Origin: Sphaerobacteraceae bacterium
Lineage (GTDB): Bacteria > Chloroflexota > Chloroflexia > Thermomicrobiales > UBA6265
DNA length: 54,673 bases
Direction: 5' to 3'
NCBI GenBank assembly: GCA_016781925.1
Contig: JADDPH010000093.1
Location: 1-54,673 of the forward strand
The position numbers and the translations under genes were made by a program. The notes beneath the pieces were generated by a model that saw nothing but the letters and a program-made list of their open reading frames with translations, was not told the DNA's origin and ran no database searches. Each line of letters begins with the position of its first letter. Within the stretch, counting starts at the first letter, position 1. Of the stretch, positions 1 through 9,577 are shown one piece after another.

Positions 1-51
1 GCCCGGCGCGCAAGCCATGACACGCTCCCTATGGGCGGAGGCTCTAAATGG

Positions 52-88
52 AGGGAGGGACCGGTTGGACAACATCCTGTCCCTCCCT
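52..88 (-). terminator. 10-bp hairpin, possible weak terminator or attenuator
   Basis: AGGGAGGGAC (52-61) / GTCCCTCCCT (79-88), followed on the minus strand by CCAUUU. Confidence 0.4.
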
Positions 89-106
89 GGCGCTGTTAAC
101 CGGGAC

Positions 107-365
107 GACGAGAGCGCCGTTCTTCGCCAGACGCGAACGTGTTCACGCTCATGTAACCACGAGTGCCTCAGGCGGACAGACCCGATGGGGAGCCAGAGGT
201 CAGACTCTGCCGGCGAGGAGCGGAAGGGGAGACTCTCATCCAACCCCAAGGAACGGTCCTATTGCACCAGGAGGCGCTGGAGCATCCCGGCATTGGCGGT
301 GGCGTCGGCGCGACAGTGGTTGTCGACCTTCAGATGGTTTGGCGCCATCCGACAGGTCTCTCGTC
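107..365 (-). ncRNA. Candidate structured non-coding RNA or leader, family not recognised
   Basis: Nested pairings 107-114/358-365, 115-119/306-310 and 125-129/300-304; hairpins at 311-325, 326-357, 131-148, 148-163 and 168-185. G-U pairs work on the minus strand. No credible ORF. Confidence 0.55.
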
Positions 366-369
366 TGGG

Positions 370-396
370 ATCATACGCGGCTGCCTCTCGCCTCAA
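370..396 (-). promoter_or_regulatory. Possible sigma70 promoter for the 107-365 RNA
   Basis: TTGAGG-15 nt-TATGAT on minus. The spacer is short, but the predicted start (~363) coincides with the 5' strand of the closing helix. Confidence 0.35.
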
Positions 397-471
397 CCCC
401 GAAGACTTAAACCTGCTGGTTGTGCCGGCCTCTGGCGCGGCTCCGCGCGGTGCCGGGGCGTGTGACGGTGC

Positions 472-2523
472 TCAATCGGCCGTGGCTCGACGGTCGGGGA
501 TAATGGTCCTCCAGGTGTCATCGAGGCCCTCCTCGCTGACCCCATAAAAGACGCGAAGATCCCCATCGCCCCGGTAGACAAGGTTGTACCGTTGCTCGCC
601 ACCGCGCGGCTTGTGGCTCTTGAGGAATCCGAAGTCGCCTTTCCATCGCACATGACCCGGTTCGATCTGCTTGGCCGCTCGCTGGCTGATGGCGTAGCGC
701 CAGAGGCGCTTCGGTGTATCGGCGGTGACATTGTGGACGTACTTGTGGTGCCGCAGGTCGTGCATCGTGAAGTAGGTGATCCCGTCCTGCTGGTAGGCGT
801 CGATCACCTCGACGCCGTTCCCTGGAGCGATGTCATCATGCGGGGCGTCCTCTTCCACCTCCTCAAGTCGCTCGATGGGTTCCGCGGCCACATCTGAACT
901 GAGCCCGGAAGATGTCACTGCCGGGGAACCGGCAGTCGTCGGCAGTTGTCGTGAGGTCTCCTGGAGCGATACCGCGAATGAGGGATCCTGGGGACTCTCC
1001 GGCACCAGTGGAACTGTGGCGGCGAGCGGTCGCCGCCCTCGACGTCGACCGTTCCGTCGCCCTGCTCCGCCCGGACCATCGGGATCGGACCGCCCATCTT
1101 CTCCGGGGGAAACCTCGGGTTCTACGGCTGGGCTCGCGGGCTTGCTCACTCCGCGGACCATGGCGACGATCTCATCGCGGTGAGCCTGTGCCGACTCGCC
1201 GCCTCGGCGGACGTAGATCGCTCCCGGGGCAAGGGCATACGGCTTTTCGGCCCCTGGCGACACCCGAATGACCAGTACCGACTTCCCGTCGGATTCCAAA
1301 ACCTCCGTTTCCACCTCCGGGGCAGGCGTGATCTGAGTGGCAACCTCGCGCTGGAGTTCGGCGATCGCCTTTTCAGGATCGGGCACGCCGACCACCGACC
1401 GCTTCTCGAAGGGACTCGCGCCCACGAACACAGTGCCGCCGTCCGTGTTCGCGAACGCGACGACATCTTTGAGGAGGTGGGAGACCCCAGTGCGTTTGGT
1501 GCGGAAGCTCTCGTGAAAAGCCTGGACGGCGGTATTGCCCTCGGCCCGCGCCTCCTTGACGACGTCGGCGATCTCGGACTCGGGGAAGTAGGGTCGGGTG
1601 CGTGCGAAGTCGTCCCCAAGGAAGAGGCTTTTGAGAGCGGCAAAGGTGATCGTGGGCAGGAGCACCTCGGTTGCTCGGTCACCGATCCCCAGGTTGGTGT
1701 CGCGCTGGGGATCGCGGTCCAAGCGATGCGCGTCGGACCCCTGGATGCAATGCATCCGGCGGGGATACTCCGGCTTGGTGCCGTTGAAGAAGCGAGCGGT
1801 GGAGCGACGATGCGCCCCCAGCGCGAGGTCGGTGACCTCCAGCGCGTGAAGGTGTTCATCCTGGGTGTAGGCAATCTTGGTCTGCCCGCCGAAGCGGAGA
1901 CCTTGCATGGCCACGCCATGGGTGGAGTTCGCGTGGGCGCCAATCACCAGGGCGCCGTGGTCGCTAAGAACCTCGTAGGCGCGCAGGACATCCGTTGTCG
2001 CGCCTACTTCGCCACTCCCGAACCGGTCTTCCGGGACCCCAAGGAGCATCAGCACATGCTCCATCAAGCGGACCGATGTGGGTTCCGGGAAGATGGCAAG
2101 GATGTGAAAGCCGAAGGTGGCGGTGAATTCGAATCCAGGGAGCACGAGCATGCTGCCGAGAAGGCGACGGTATTCCTGGAGACGTTCGGCCTCCTGAGGT
2201 TGAAGTCGCTCAAGATACTCCAGCAGCTCCAAATCCTCAATCTCTCGCCAGAGGTTGGCGTAACCACGGACCGAGTTGTGGTCCGTGAAGGCGAGGATGT
2301 CGAGCCCTCGCTCCTCCGCCTTCTGCAGGATTTGGAGAGGTGAGACATGCGGCTCCTGGTAATCGGATGATGCCGGCGTGTGGAGGTGAAGATCCATCCG
2401 CCGCCAAGTCATCTCCGTTGCCTGAGGCTGCTCCTTATCCCGCTTTGGCCCGGAACGACGGCCGTTGGTGCCCATCCGCGGTGAAGCGCCGGTCTCACGC
2501 GGCTGCGTCACGGAAATAGTCAT
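472..2523 (-). CDS. PHP phosphoesterase domain + Schlafen/AlbA_2 domain + uncharacterised C-terminal domain protein
   Basis: PHP motifs DLHLHT, TDHN, GFE..FHIL, GAH and GSDAH; AlbA_2 motif KDVVAFANTDGGTVFVG and IYVRRGGES. Start reassigned to ATG 2523 (GAGGAG RBS). Confidence 0.85.
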   Translation of the reverse strand: MTISVTQPRETGASPRMGTNGRRSGPKRDKEQPQATEMTWRRMDLHLHTPASSDYQEPHVSPLQILQKAEERGLDILAFTDHNSVRGYANLWREIEDLELLEYLERLQPQEAERLQEYRRLLGSMLVLPGFEFTATFGFHILAIFPEPTSVRLMEHVLMLLGVPEDRFGSGEVGATTDVLRAYEVLSDHGALVIGAHANSTHGVAMQGLRFGGQTKIAYTQDEHLHALEVTDLALGAHRRSTARFFNGTKPEYPRRMHCIQGSDAHRLDRDPQRDTNLGIGDRATEVLLPTITFAALKSLFLGDDFARTRPYFPESEIADVVKEARAEGNTAVQAFHESFRTKRTGVSHLLKDVVAFANTDGGTVFVGASPFEKRSVVGVPDPEKAIAELQREVATQITPAPEVETEVLESDGKSVLVIRVSPGAEKPYALAPGAIYVRRGGESAQAHRDEIVAMVRGVSKPASPAVEPEVSPGEDGRSDPDGPGGAGRRNGRRRGRRPLAATVPLVPESPQDPSFAVSLQETSRQLPTTAGSPAVTSSGLSSDVAAEPIERLEEVEEDAPHDDIAPGNGVEVIDAYQQDGITYFTMHDLRHHKYVHNVTADTPKRLWRYAISQRAAKQIEPGHVRWKGDFGFLKSHKPRGGEQRYNLVYRGDGDLRVFYGVSEEGLDDTWRTIIPDRRATAD

Positions 2524-2934
2524 GCTCCTCTCATCGTCGGGGAGACCAATCGGTAACGGTGCGGTGAGCGACCGCCTCAGCACGGATGCTACCACAGGCA
2601 CCTCCGCTATTGACAATAACCAGCGATTCCCGCCGGTTAGGATGAGCTGTTGTGCTAGACTCAATTGTCGTGCCGTTCACGTCGTTCTGTGTTGCCGCTA
2701 ACCCCGCAGCGGTTTTGGCCCCGTCACACGGTAGTCCGGTCTGTGCCGAGGAGCGGCGGCCCGTGGAAAAGACGCGGGAGCTCACCGCGAACCTCCGCGC
2801 CGCCGGTGACTCTGGAGCCTAGCAACGTCGCCCCTGTCCAGAGCGCCGCAGCATGCCGCGATTCCCCGTCCAAATCCCGTGCACCGGCCGTTGGTGACGT
2901 TCTCCAGGGGCGCATCTGAGGCAACGACTGCGTC

Positions 2935-4170
2935 ATGAGCTCCTCATTGCTGCTGGACGGCCTGCTCCTTCTCGTCGTCCTTCTGTTCATCCCCATCGGC
3001 CTCTGGAGGGGCGGGGTGAGAGAGGCCATCGTCGCTGGGGGCATCGTGCTCGGCGGAGCGCTGGCAGGATCCTGGGCTCGGCCGTGGGGTGATGACCTCG
3101 CGAGTCAACTAGATCTTCGTCCCCAGACGGCGCGATTTTTGGTGGCGCTCGCCGCCCTGCTTGGGGCAACCCTCTGCGTCGGGTACGCGGGAGGCGCGGC
3201 GCTGCGACCGGGCGCACCCGGTCTGCTGGGCCGCGTGGCCGGTGGACTGCTCGCCGGACTGAATGGTCTCCTCCTCCTCGGCTACGGACTCGGATTTCTC
3301 GACCAGTACGTTCTTGAGCCCAAGACCGTCCCGGCTCTATCCGATGGGCTTGTGTCCCGGTTCCTCATGCATCAGTTGGGATGGGTCCTTCTTGCCCTCG
3401 TCGTCCTCATCGTGGTCGGCATCCTAACCGCAGTCGCGGCTTCGGCAGCGCGGCGGGACCACGCTGAGGAGCTGGAGGAGGACATCGTTGGCGACGCTGC
3501 CATGGTAGGCGGCGCGGTGACACGGCCGCGTCCTGTCCGGGTCCCGCACTTGGCCGACGCGGGGAAGTTTGAGCCCCTGCAGCGCGCCGGGATGCCGTCG
3601 GACGCCGGCCAGAAACTCGGCGCTCGCTTGTCGGACACGACGACGACAGGACTGCGCGCCAGCGATCTCTCCATGTCCGACCGGCCGCCTCCTTCCTTGC
3701 CGCCAATGGAAACGAAGCCCGATCGGTCGACGGTCTCGCGTGACCCCGAGCGGGTGGAGCCAGGGGAGTCGGCACGGGCAGGAGTCGCGATTGTCGACGA
3801 ATGGCTCCGACGGGCAGCCCGGCCACCGTCCGCACTCGCTGATGAACATGAACCTGGCGATGCTGCGCGGGCGGAGTCCGCCTGGGAGCAGCATACTCAG
3901 CGGGACGCCCCGATGGCCGGTCCGTCGGCGCCTGAGCCATGGCCAAACTCGGCAGGCAGCAAAAACGTTGGTCAACCTTCGCTTCATGTTGTTGGCTCGT
4001 TCCAATCGGATGGACCAGAGGAGATTGAGACCGGGCGGACATTGCAGGATGGCGGGGCACCGGACAAGGAGGCGGGGCGCGCTCGCAGGGCCCGGCGGTG
4101 CCGTTCATGCAACGCTCGGATCGCTGCAGCGGACGCTTACTGCTCGACGTGCGGCTCCTTCGCCTCTTAG
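2935..4170 (+). CDS. CvpA-family membrane protein with disordered tail and C-terminal zinc ribbon
   Basis: N-terminal GLWRGGVRE and several TM helices; CxxC...CxxC at the C-terminus. Confidence 0.75.
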   Translation: MSSSLLLDGLLLLVVLLFIPIGLWRGGVREAIVAGGIVLGGALAGSWARPWGDDLASQLDLRPQTARFLVALAALLGATLCVGYAGGAALRPGAPGLLGRVAGGLLAGLNGLLLLGYGLGFLDQYVLEPKTVPALSDGLVSRFLMHQLGWVLLALVVLIVVGILTAVAASAARRDHAEELEEDIVGDAAMVGGAVTRPRPVRVPHLADAGKFEPLQRAGMPSDAGQKLGARLSDTTTTGLRASDLSMSDRPPPSLPPMETKPDRSTVSRDPERVEPGESARAGVAIVDEWLRRAARPPSALADEHEPGDAARAESAWEQHTQRDAPMAGPSAPEPWPNSAGSKNVGQPSLHVVGSFQSDGPEEIETGRTLQDGGAPDKEAGRARRARRCRSCNARIAAADAYCSTCGSFAS

Positions 4171-4273
4171 GACCACGGAGACTGTACTATCGTTGCAGTC
4201 CCGGTTGACGTGGTGCGAGCGCGACGCTCGTATGTTCGTCATGTCATCCCTGTTTTCAGGAGGAGGAACCTTC

Positions 4274-5503
4274 GTGGTCCAGGCCGAGGCCGTCGATCTC
4301 TCCGCGGTTCAGGAAAACGTTGTCGCCGCGATCGAGGCAGAGCGGGACGATTTGATCGCCCTCTCACGATTTATTCACGCTCACCCCGAGATCGCGATGC
4401 AGGAGACGGCATCGAGCGCCGCCTGCGCCGCCTTTCTAGAACGACGCGGATTCGCGGTGGAGCGGAACGTGGCGGGGTTACCGACGGCGTTTCGGGCGTC
4501 AGTGGCTGGCTCAGGAGAGCGGCCCACCATCGCCTACCTCGCCGAGTACGACGCGCTCCCAGGGCTTGGCCACGGCTGCGGGCACAACCTCATCGCGATC
4601 GCGGGGATTGGGGCCGGGATCGGTCTACGCGCCGCGCTCAACTCAGTACCAGGTACCGTCACCGTGTTCGGGACGCCGGCCGAGGAGGCTATCGGCGGCA
4701 AGGCCATCATGTCCGACGCGGGTATCTTTGACGGCATCGACGCGGCCATGGGGGCGCATCCAGGGACGGTAGAGGCGGTCTGCCCCACGGTCGAGGGCAG
4801 CGGCCAGGCGCTGGCCTGTCAGGCGGTGCGGATTGAGTTTGTGGGCCGCCCTGCCCACGCTGCTGCTGATCCATACAACGGGATCAACGGGCTGAACGCT
4901 CTGATCGAGACGTTCAACGGCATCAACGCGCTTCGCCAGCACATTTGCAGCGACGCCCGGATTCACGGCATCATCACGCATGGCGGAGAAGCGCCAAACG
5001 TGGTTCCCTCCTTCGCCGCCGGCGACTTCCTAATCCGAGCTCAAACCATGGCGTACATGAACGAATTGGTGGAGAAGGTCCGCCGGGTGGCTGAGGGGGC
5101 GGCGGCGATGACCGGGTCGGAGGTTCGCTACCTCCTTCCGGAGCGCGCCACCTTCGACATGATCACGAATCACACACTCGCCCGGCGCATCAAGACGCAC
5201 CTTGACGCCCTTGGCCTCGCAATGCCAGAGGCTGTGCCCGAGGAAGGATCAGGGTCCACCGATTGGGGCAACGTCAGCTACGTGGTGCCGTCGGTGGAGA
5301 CCGGGTTTCCCATCCTCGACCGCGTCTGCACCTGGCACTCCCCGGAGGTTGTTGAAGCGGCGGACTCGGCGATGGGCTATGAGAACACCATCACCGTGGC
5401 GAAGGCCCTTGCGCTCGCCGGGCTCGACCTCCTCACCGATGCAGCGCTCCTGCGAAGGGTCAAAGGCGAGTTTGCCGAGACGCGCGCCGCCCGTGGTGGC
5501 TGA
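4274..5503 (+). CDS. M20 family amidohydrolase (PM20D2/AbgB-like)
   Basis: Motifs HPE, AEYDALP, GHGCGHN, GTPAEE and GSTDWGNVS; GTG start after AGGAGG. Confidence 0.9.
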   Translation: MVQAEAVDLSAVQENVVAAIEAERDDLIALSRFIHAHPEIAMQETASSAACAAFLERRGFAVERNVAGLPTAFRASVAGSGERPTIAYLAEYDALPGLGHGCGHNLIAIAGIGAGIGLRAALNSVPGTVTVFGTPAEEAIGGKAIMSDAGIFDGIDAAMGAHPGTVEAVCPTVEGSGQALACQAVRIEFVGRPAHAAADPYNGINGLNALIETFNGINALRQHICSDARIHGIITHGGEAPNVVPSFAAGDFLIRAQTMAYMNELVEKVRRVAEGAAAMTGSEVRYLLPERATFDMITNHTLARRIKTHLDALGLAMPEAVPEEGSGSTDWGNVSYVVPSVETGFPILDRVCTWHSPEVVEAADSAMGYENTITVAKALALAGLDLLTDAALLRRVKGEFAETRAARGG

Positions 5504-5530
5504 CGGCTGGCGCGTCCTACTCCCCAGCGG

Positions 5531-6493
5531 TCATCCGGTTGCCGTCTCGGCTGTCGTACCAGTTCCGCCCGTCAGCATCTCGTCCCTCTGCCGTTGATCG
5601 TCTGTGGCCATGAGTGGCAGGCCGGATGATATTGAGGCAGCGGCGGGTGGCGGCGAGGGTTCGACCAAGGTGGCGTGCGCGGGCAGGCGAAGACCGCCCG
5701 ATACAAACTCCAGCCGGGTGACCTCCCCCGGGAAGGATCGGATCGTCCACACCTTCTCGCGGATCGACGATCCCAGATCTCGCCGCAGGTCCTTCCCGTT
5801 GATGGCCGTCGCCGGCACGACGAGCGCCCCGGCTGCCGGTCCCTCCGGTCCCGTGGTTAGGGTGCCGGCCGCGACCACGAGCGCAGCCACCGGCCCGATG
5901 TCCGGGAACCGTCCCGCGTCTTCCCCACGCGAGAGGATGACCACGGTCGTAGCTCCGTGCCGAACGATGAGCCGCCACGCTTGCTCGGCATCAGCATCAG
6001 TGGCACTGCCGGCATCCGCGATCTCGACCTCGACCTGGATGCCGCTCCCGAGATCGATGACCCGTGGGCACGCCAGCACGGGCACCATCGCCCCTAGAAG
6101 GGCGTCCCGCTCGGGGGACGGAGGGATCGCACCAAGTAACGCGACGTAGCGCGGATGGACCGTCTCCCTTGCCGCAATCGGCACCAGGAGGGAGCGGCCA
6201 CGACCCGCCACAAGGAGGATGTCGATCCGAGGGGTGGTCGGGTGTCGAACCTGCGCCAAGGCATTGGCGAACGCGACCGGGTCGTCCCCGGTGGCTAAGA
6301 GGAGCCTGGCCTTGCCGGCTGTGATTAGCACAGAAAGGGCATTTCCGCTGCCCAGCACATTGAGGCGGGGTTGTCGCGTCTCGTTCGCCCAGGCAGCGCC
6401 CATCCCGCCCCCCAACACCGTGGAAGCAAGGAACACCGCTGCGAAGATGGTGGTGCCGCGAGACGACAACAGCCGACCCGCCAGAGCCATCAT
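5531..6493 (-). CDS. Membrane-anchored ComEC/Rec2-like MBL-fold protein with degenerate metal site
   Basis: N-terminal TM; RLNVLGSGNALSVLI..LLL and RIDILLV strands resemble the ComEC C-terminal domain; no HxHxDH motif. Confidence 0.5.
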   Translation of the reverse strand: MMALAGRLLSSRGTTIFAAVFLASTVLGGGMGAAWANETRQPRLNVLGSGNALSVLITAGKARLLLATGDDPVAFANALAQVRHPTTPRIDILLVAGRGRSLLVPIAARETVHPRYVALLGAIPPSPERDALLGAMVPVLACPRVIDLGSGIQVEVEIADAGSATDADAEQAWRLIVRHGATTVVILSRGEDAGRFPDIGPVAALVVAAGTLTTGPEGPAAGALVVPATAINGKDLRRDLGSSIREKVWTIRSFPGEVTRLEFVSGGLRLPAHATLVEPSPPPAAASISSGLPLMATDDQRQRDEMLTGGTGTTAETATG

Positions 6494-6598
6494 AGGCTGA
6501 CCCGCAGCGCCATCGCCTGACGATGCGATGGAGTGGACGCGCGGTAATGTGGGCGGTGCAAAGGATCATAACGGCTGACGGGCGATAGAGCGACATCG

Positions 6599-8527
6599 TC
6601 AACCACGACGGTTGTCACCCGCGTCCGCGGTTCCGGCTTCATAGTAGATAAGTGTCACGGTAGCACCGCGAGGAAGCCATTGTCCGAGCACGTCCGCCCC
6701 GTCCTCGCCCGAGATGCCGACGACATCGTCATTCTCGATCCCAACACCAGTCGACCCGGCCACCCGCTCGAGTGCCGCTTCGTCCGCTGGAACCTGGTTT
6801 GTCACGCTGAGGCCCAGACCCTCAAGTTGGCCGGCAACTACGGCGCGCGGCTTGCCAATCGTCTCCTCCGGCACGCGCACCGCGTCTCCCTGACTGATGA
6901 GCAGCGTCACCGTCTCACCGACCATCGCCGATCCGGCAGGCTGAAAACCGGACACCTGACCAGCAGGAATGTTGGGACTGGCGACGGGTTCCTCGGTCAC
7001 GCTCAAGCCGGCCTCCTGCAGGGTCGCGCGGGCAGCTGCAGCGTCCTGGCCAACCAACCCTAAGGCCGTCAGGTCGACGATGCCTGATCCCCGGCTCAGT
7101 TTGATGACCACCTCGATGCCTTGCTCGACCTCCGTGCCAGCGGGCGGATCTTGCTCCGCGACGTTGCCGGCCGGGACCTCTTCGTTAAAGACCTGATCAC
7201 CTTCCTTCACCCGGAGACCGACCGACGTGGCGCCGTCAACGGCCTCCTCATAGGTGCGACCGATCAAATTGGGGGCGGCAACCACTCCGACGACCGGTGG
7301 TTGGTCCTCCAACGCCCGCGTGGGAGGGACCGATCTGACATTCGCGGTCGGGGTGGGAGGCGGGGGTGGGGTCGGCTCCTCCTGAGAGGGCGTCGCCGTG
7401 GTCCGGTCATCCTCGGCGAGATCCGCGAGTCCGGGGGAGAGCCGGAACCCGAACCACACGATGGCGATCAGCACCACCACTGCCCCTGCGCCGACGAGCC
7501 ACGTCACGAACCCGACATCGTCCTGCCGCCTCACCGGCTGAGGACTTGGGGTCGGCACCGATCTCTTGACACTGGACGAGGTTCCCTGGTGCCCGGGCGG
7601 TCCTCCCGCGGGCAGAGGTTGAGCGCCTTCCTGAGGTCGATGTGGCGGTGCTACCCCGACCGGGGCTGTTCTCCTGGCCGCCGATGCAGGGGATGGAGAG
7701 GACGTCTCAGGAATCGTTCGCCAGTTGGTCATGGCCGTAGCGAACGCGCCCGCGGACGCATATCTGGTTGTCGGGTCCTTTGCCAGCCCCCGGAGGACGA
7801 GGGCGTCCACACTCGCCGGCACGGATGGAACGATCGAAGACGGGGCCGGCGGAGGATCGTGGACGTGACGCATCGCAACGCCAACCGTCGAGTCCGCGTC
7901 GAACGGTAACGTCTTGGTCAGCATCTCGAAGGCGACCACGGCGAGTGCATAGATGTCGGATGAGGGAGTGGCCATGAGGCCGCTGGCCTGCTCCGGGGAG
8001 ATGTAGTGGACGGTGCCGAGCCCGGTGCCGACTTCAGTCAAGTGATTGTCGGCCAGGCCCTTGGCAATCCCGAAGTCCACCACCTTGGCAAGCCCCTGGC
8101 TATCGACCAGGATGTTCTGTGGCTTGATATCGCGATGCACGAGGCCCCGGTCGTGAGCGTAGTCGAGGGCAGCGCCAACCTGCTCGAGTAGCGACGCCAC
8201 GTCGTCGGCGTCGAAGGGACCTTCCTCCTCAATGATGGTCTTGAGGGTGTCGCCGCGGACGTACTCCATGACGATGTAGGGGGTCCTGCCCTCTTCCCCG
8301 ACATCGTAGATATCGATGATGTTCGGGTGCGTGAAGCCCGCGGCCGCCTGGGCCTCGCGCTCGAAGCGAGCGCGAAACAAGGGGTCGGACGCGTATTGGG
8401 AACGGAGCACCTTGATGGCGACCGCACGATTGAGGAGGAGGTCATGGCCGAGGTAAACCTCTGCCATTCCCCCTTCGCCGATCCGGCGGTCGACCCGGTA
8501 GCGTCGATTGACCGTGGTGTGTTCCAC
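6599..8527 (-). CDS. pknB: Stk1/PknB-type Ser/Thr protein kinase with PASTA repeats
   Basis: GEGGMAEVY, VAIK, HRDIKPQN, DFGIA and YISPEQ motifs; TM helix; extracellular PASTA-like repeats. Confidence 0.9.
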   Translation of the reverse strand: MEHTTVNRRYRVDRRIGEGGMAEVYLGHDLLLNRAVAIKVLRSQYASDPLFRARFEREAQAAAGFTHPNIIDIYDVGEEGRTPYIVMEYVRGDTLKTIIEEEGPFDADDVASLLEQVGAALDYAHDRGLVHRDIKPQNILVDSQGLAKVVDFGIAKGLADNHLTEVGTGLGTVHYISPEQASGLMATPSSDIYALAVVAFEMLTKTLPFDADSTVGVAMRHVHDPPPAPSSIVPSVPASVDALVLRGLAKDPTTRYASAGAFATAMTNWRTIPETSSPSPASAARRTAPVGVAPPHRPQEGAQPLPAGGPPGHQGTSSSVKRSVPTPSPQPVRRQDDVGFVTWLVGAGAVVVLIAIVWFGFRLSPGLADLAEDDRTTATPSQEEPTPPPPPTPTANVRSVPPTRALEDQPPVVGVVAAPNLIGRTYEEAVDGATSVGLRVKEGDQVFNEEVPAGNVAEQDPPAGTEVEQGIEVVIKLSRGSGIVDLTALGLVGQDAAAARATLQEAGLSVTEEPVASPNIPAGQVSGFQPAGSAMVGETVTLLISQGDAVRVPEETIGKPRAVVAGQLEGLGLSVTNQVPADEAALERVAGSTGVGIENDDVVGISGEDGADVLGQWLPRGATVTLIYYEAGTADAGDNRRG

Positions 8528-8692
8528 CTGGCAGGGGCCTCCGTGCTCCCGATTCTAGGTGTCGCTCAAGAGGGGCGTCAAATACCCTGGGGCCACCGGA
8601 GCAGGCGCGATCATCTCCGGCGGGAGTTCCTGGGGGCTTCTAGGCTTACGTCTCCGGGAGCAATGCGGTCGCGTTTGGACTCCCTCGACCGG

Positions 8693-9577
8693 TCAGGTTT
8701 CGACCGGCCCCGGCAGGTGATCTAGCGGCTGGCACGTGAAGACGGCGGTGCCCGCATCGACATGGAGGGCGAGACCCCGGACGATGGCTCTGGCAGTCGT
8801 CTCGCAGTCGACGGCGGTGTAGTGGCTTGGTCCGGCACCGGAGAGGGCAACGAATGGGGCACCCGCTTGGCGGAAGGCATGAGGAACCTGCTCAAGCGCC
8901 GGTTGGAGCCGATAGAGCGGAGCATAAAAGGCATTGCCGAGAAGCGCCGGATCGAGCGATCCCGTCGAGTACAGCAGCGCGGCTTGCTGTCGCACCCGGG
9001 CCCCCGAGGAAAAGTCCGCAGGGGTCAGCGAGCCGTAGAGGGTACCCGTCTTTCGCGGGATCGCTACCGGGGGCGTCGCGACCACGAACCAGGGTGCGTT
9101 CGGAGAGGGGATCGGTTCCAGCCGCTCCCCACGTCCGGAGGCGAGTGCCGTGCGGCCCCCGAGAAAGAAGGGCACGTCGCTGCCGAGGGAGGCCGCAATC
9201 GCCGCGAGCCGCTCGTCTCCGAGGGTAGGTGCCCAGCAGTGCCGGGCGAGACGAAGCGCGGCTGCCGCATCGCTGCTGGCTCCACCAAGACCAGCAGCGG
9301 CCGGGATCGTTTTGTCGAGATGAAGCCAACCCCCATGGTGCACGCCCGCTTCAGCTTGGAGGGCGCGCAGTGCGGCGAATGCCAGGTTATCGTCTCCCTC
9401 CAGCGCCGGATCGGAGCAGGTGAAGCGGAGCGAAGGGAACGGTTGCAGCGTCAGACGATCGGTCAACGCGATAGCCTGCAGGATGGTGACAATGTCATGG
9501 AAGCCGTCGGCTCGCCGGCCGACCACTTCAAGGCCGAGGTTGAGCTTCGCGGGCGCCAAGAGGGCGAGCCCCGTCAC
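8693..9577 (-). CDS. ispE: 4-diphosphocytidyl-2-C-methyl-D-erythritol kinase
   Basis: APAKLNLGL, GFHDI, KTIPAAAGLGGASSDAAA, LGSDVPFF and SGAGPS; GTG start overlaps the rsmA stop. Confidence 0.93.
   Translation of the reverse strand: MTGLALLAPAKLNLGLEVVGRRADGFHDIVTILQAIALTDRLTLQPFPSLRFTCSDPALEGDDNLAFAALRALQAEAGVHHGGWLHLDKTIPAAAGLGGASSDAAAALRLARHCWAPTLGDERLAAIAASLGSDVPFFLGGRTALASGRGERLEPIPSPNAPWFVVATPPVAIPRKTGTLYGSLTPADFSSGARVRQQAALLYSTGSLDPALLGNAFYAPLYRLQPALEQVPHAFRQAGAPFVALSGAGPSHYTAVDCETTARAIVRGLALHVDAGTAVFTCQPLDHLPGPVET

Noticed and set aside
135-144. GAAC-GT-GTTC as a LexA box
   Set aside because: The spacer is 2 nt rather than 4; it is better explained as an RNA hairpin.
3569-4273. Long N-terminal extension of the M20 ORF (644 aa)
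   Set aside because: It overlaps the CvpA-family gene; the likely start is GTG 4274 with an AGGAGG RBS.
9006-9017. GAGGAAAAGTCC resembling the RNase P signature
   Set aside because: It has an extra A, lies antisense within ispE, and no other RNase P elements are present.
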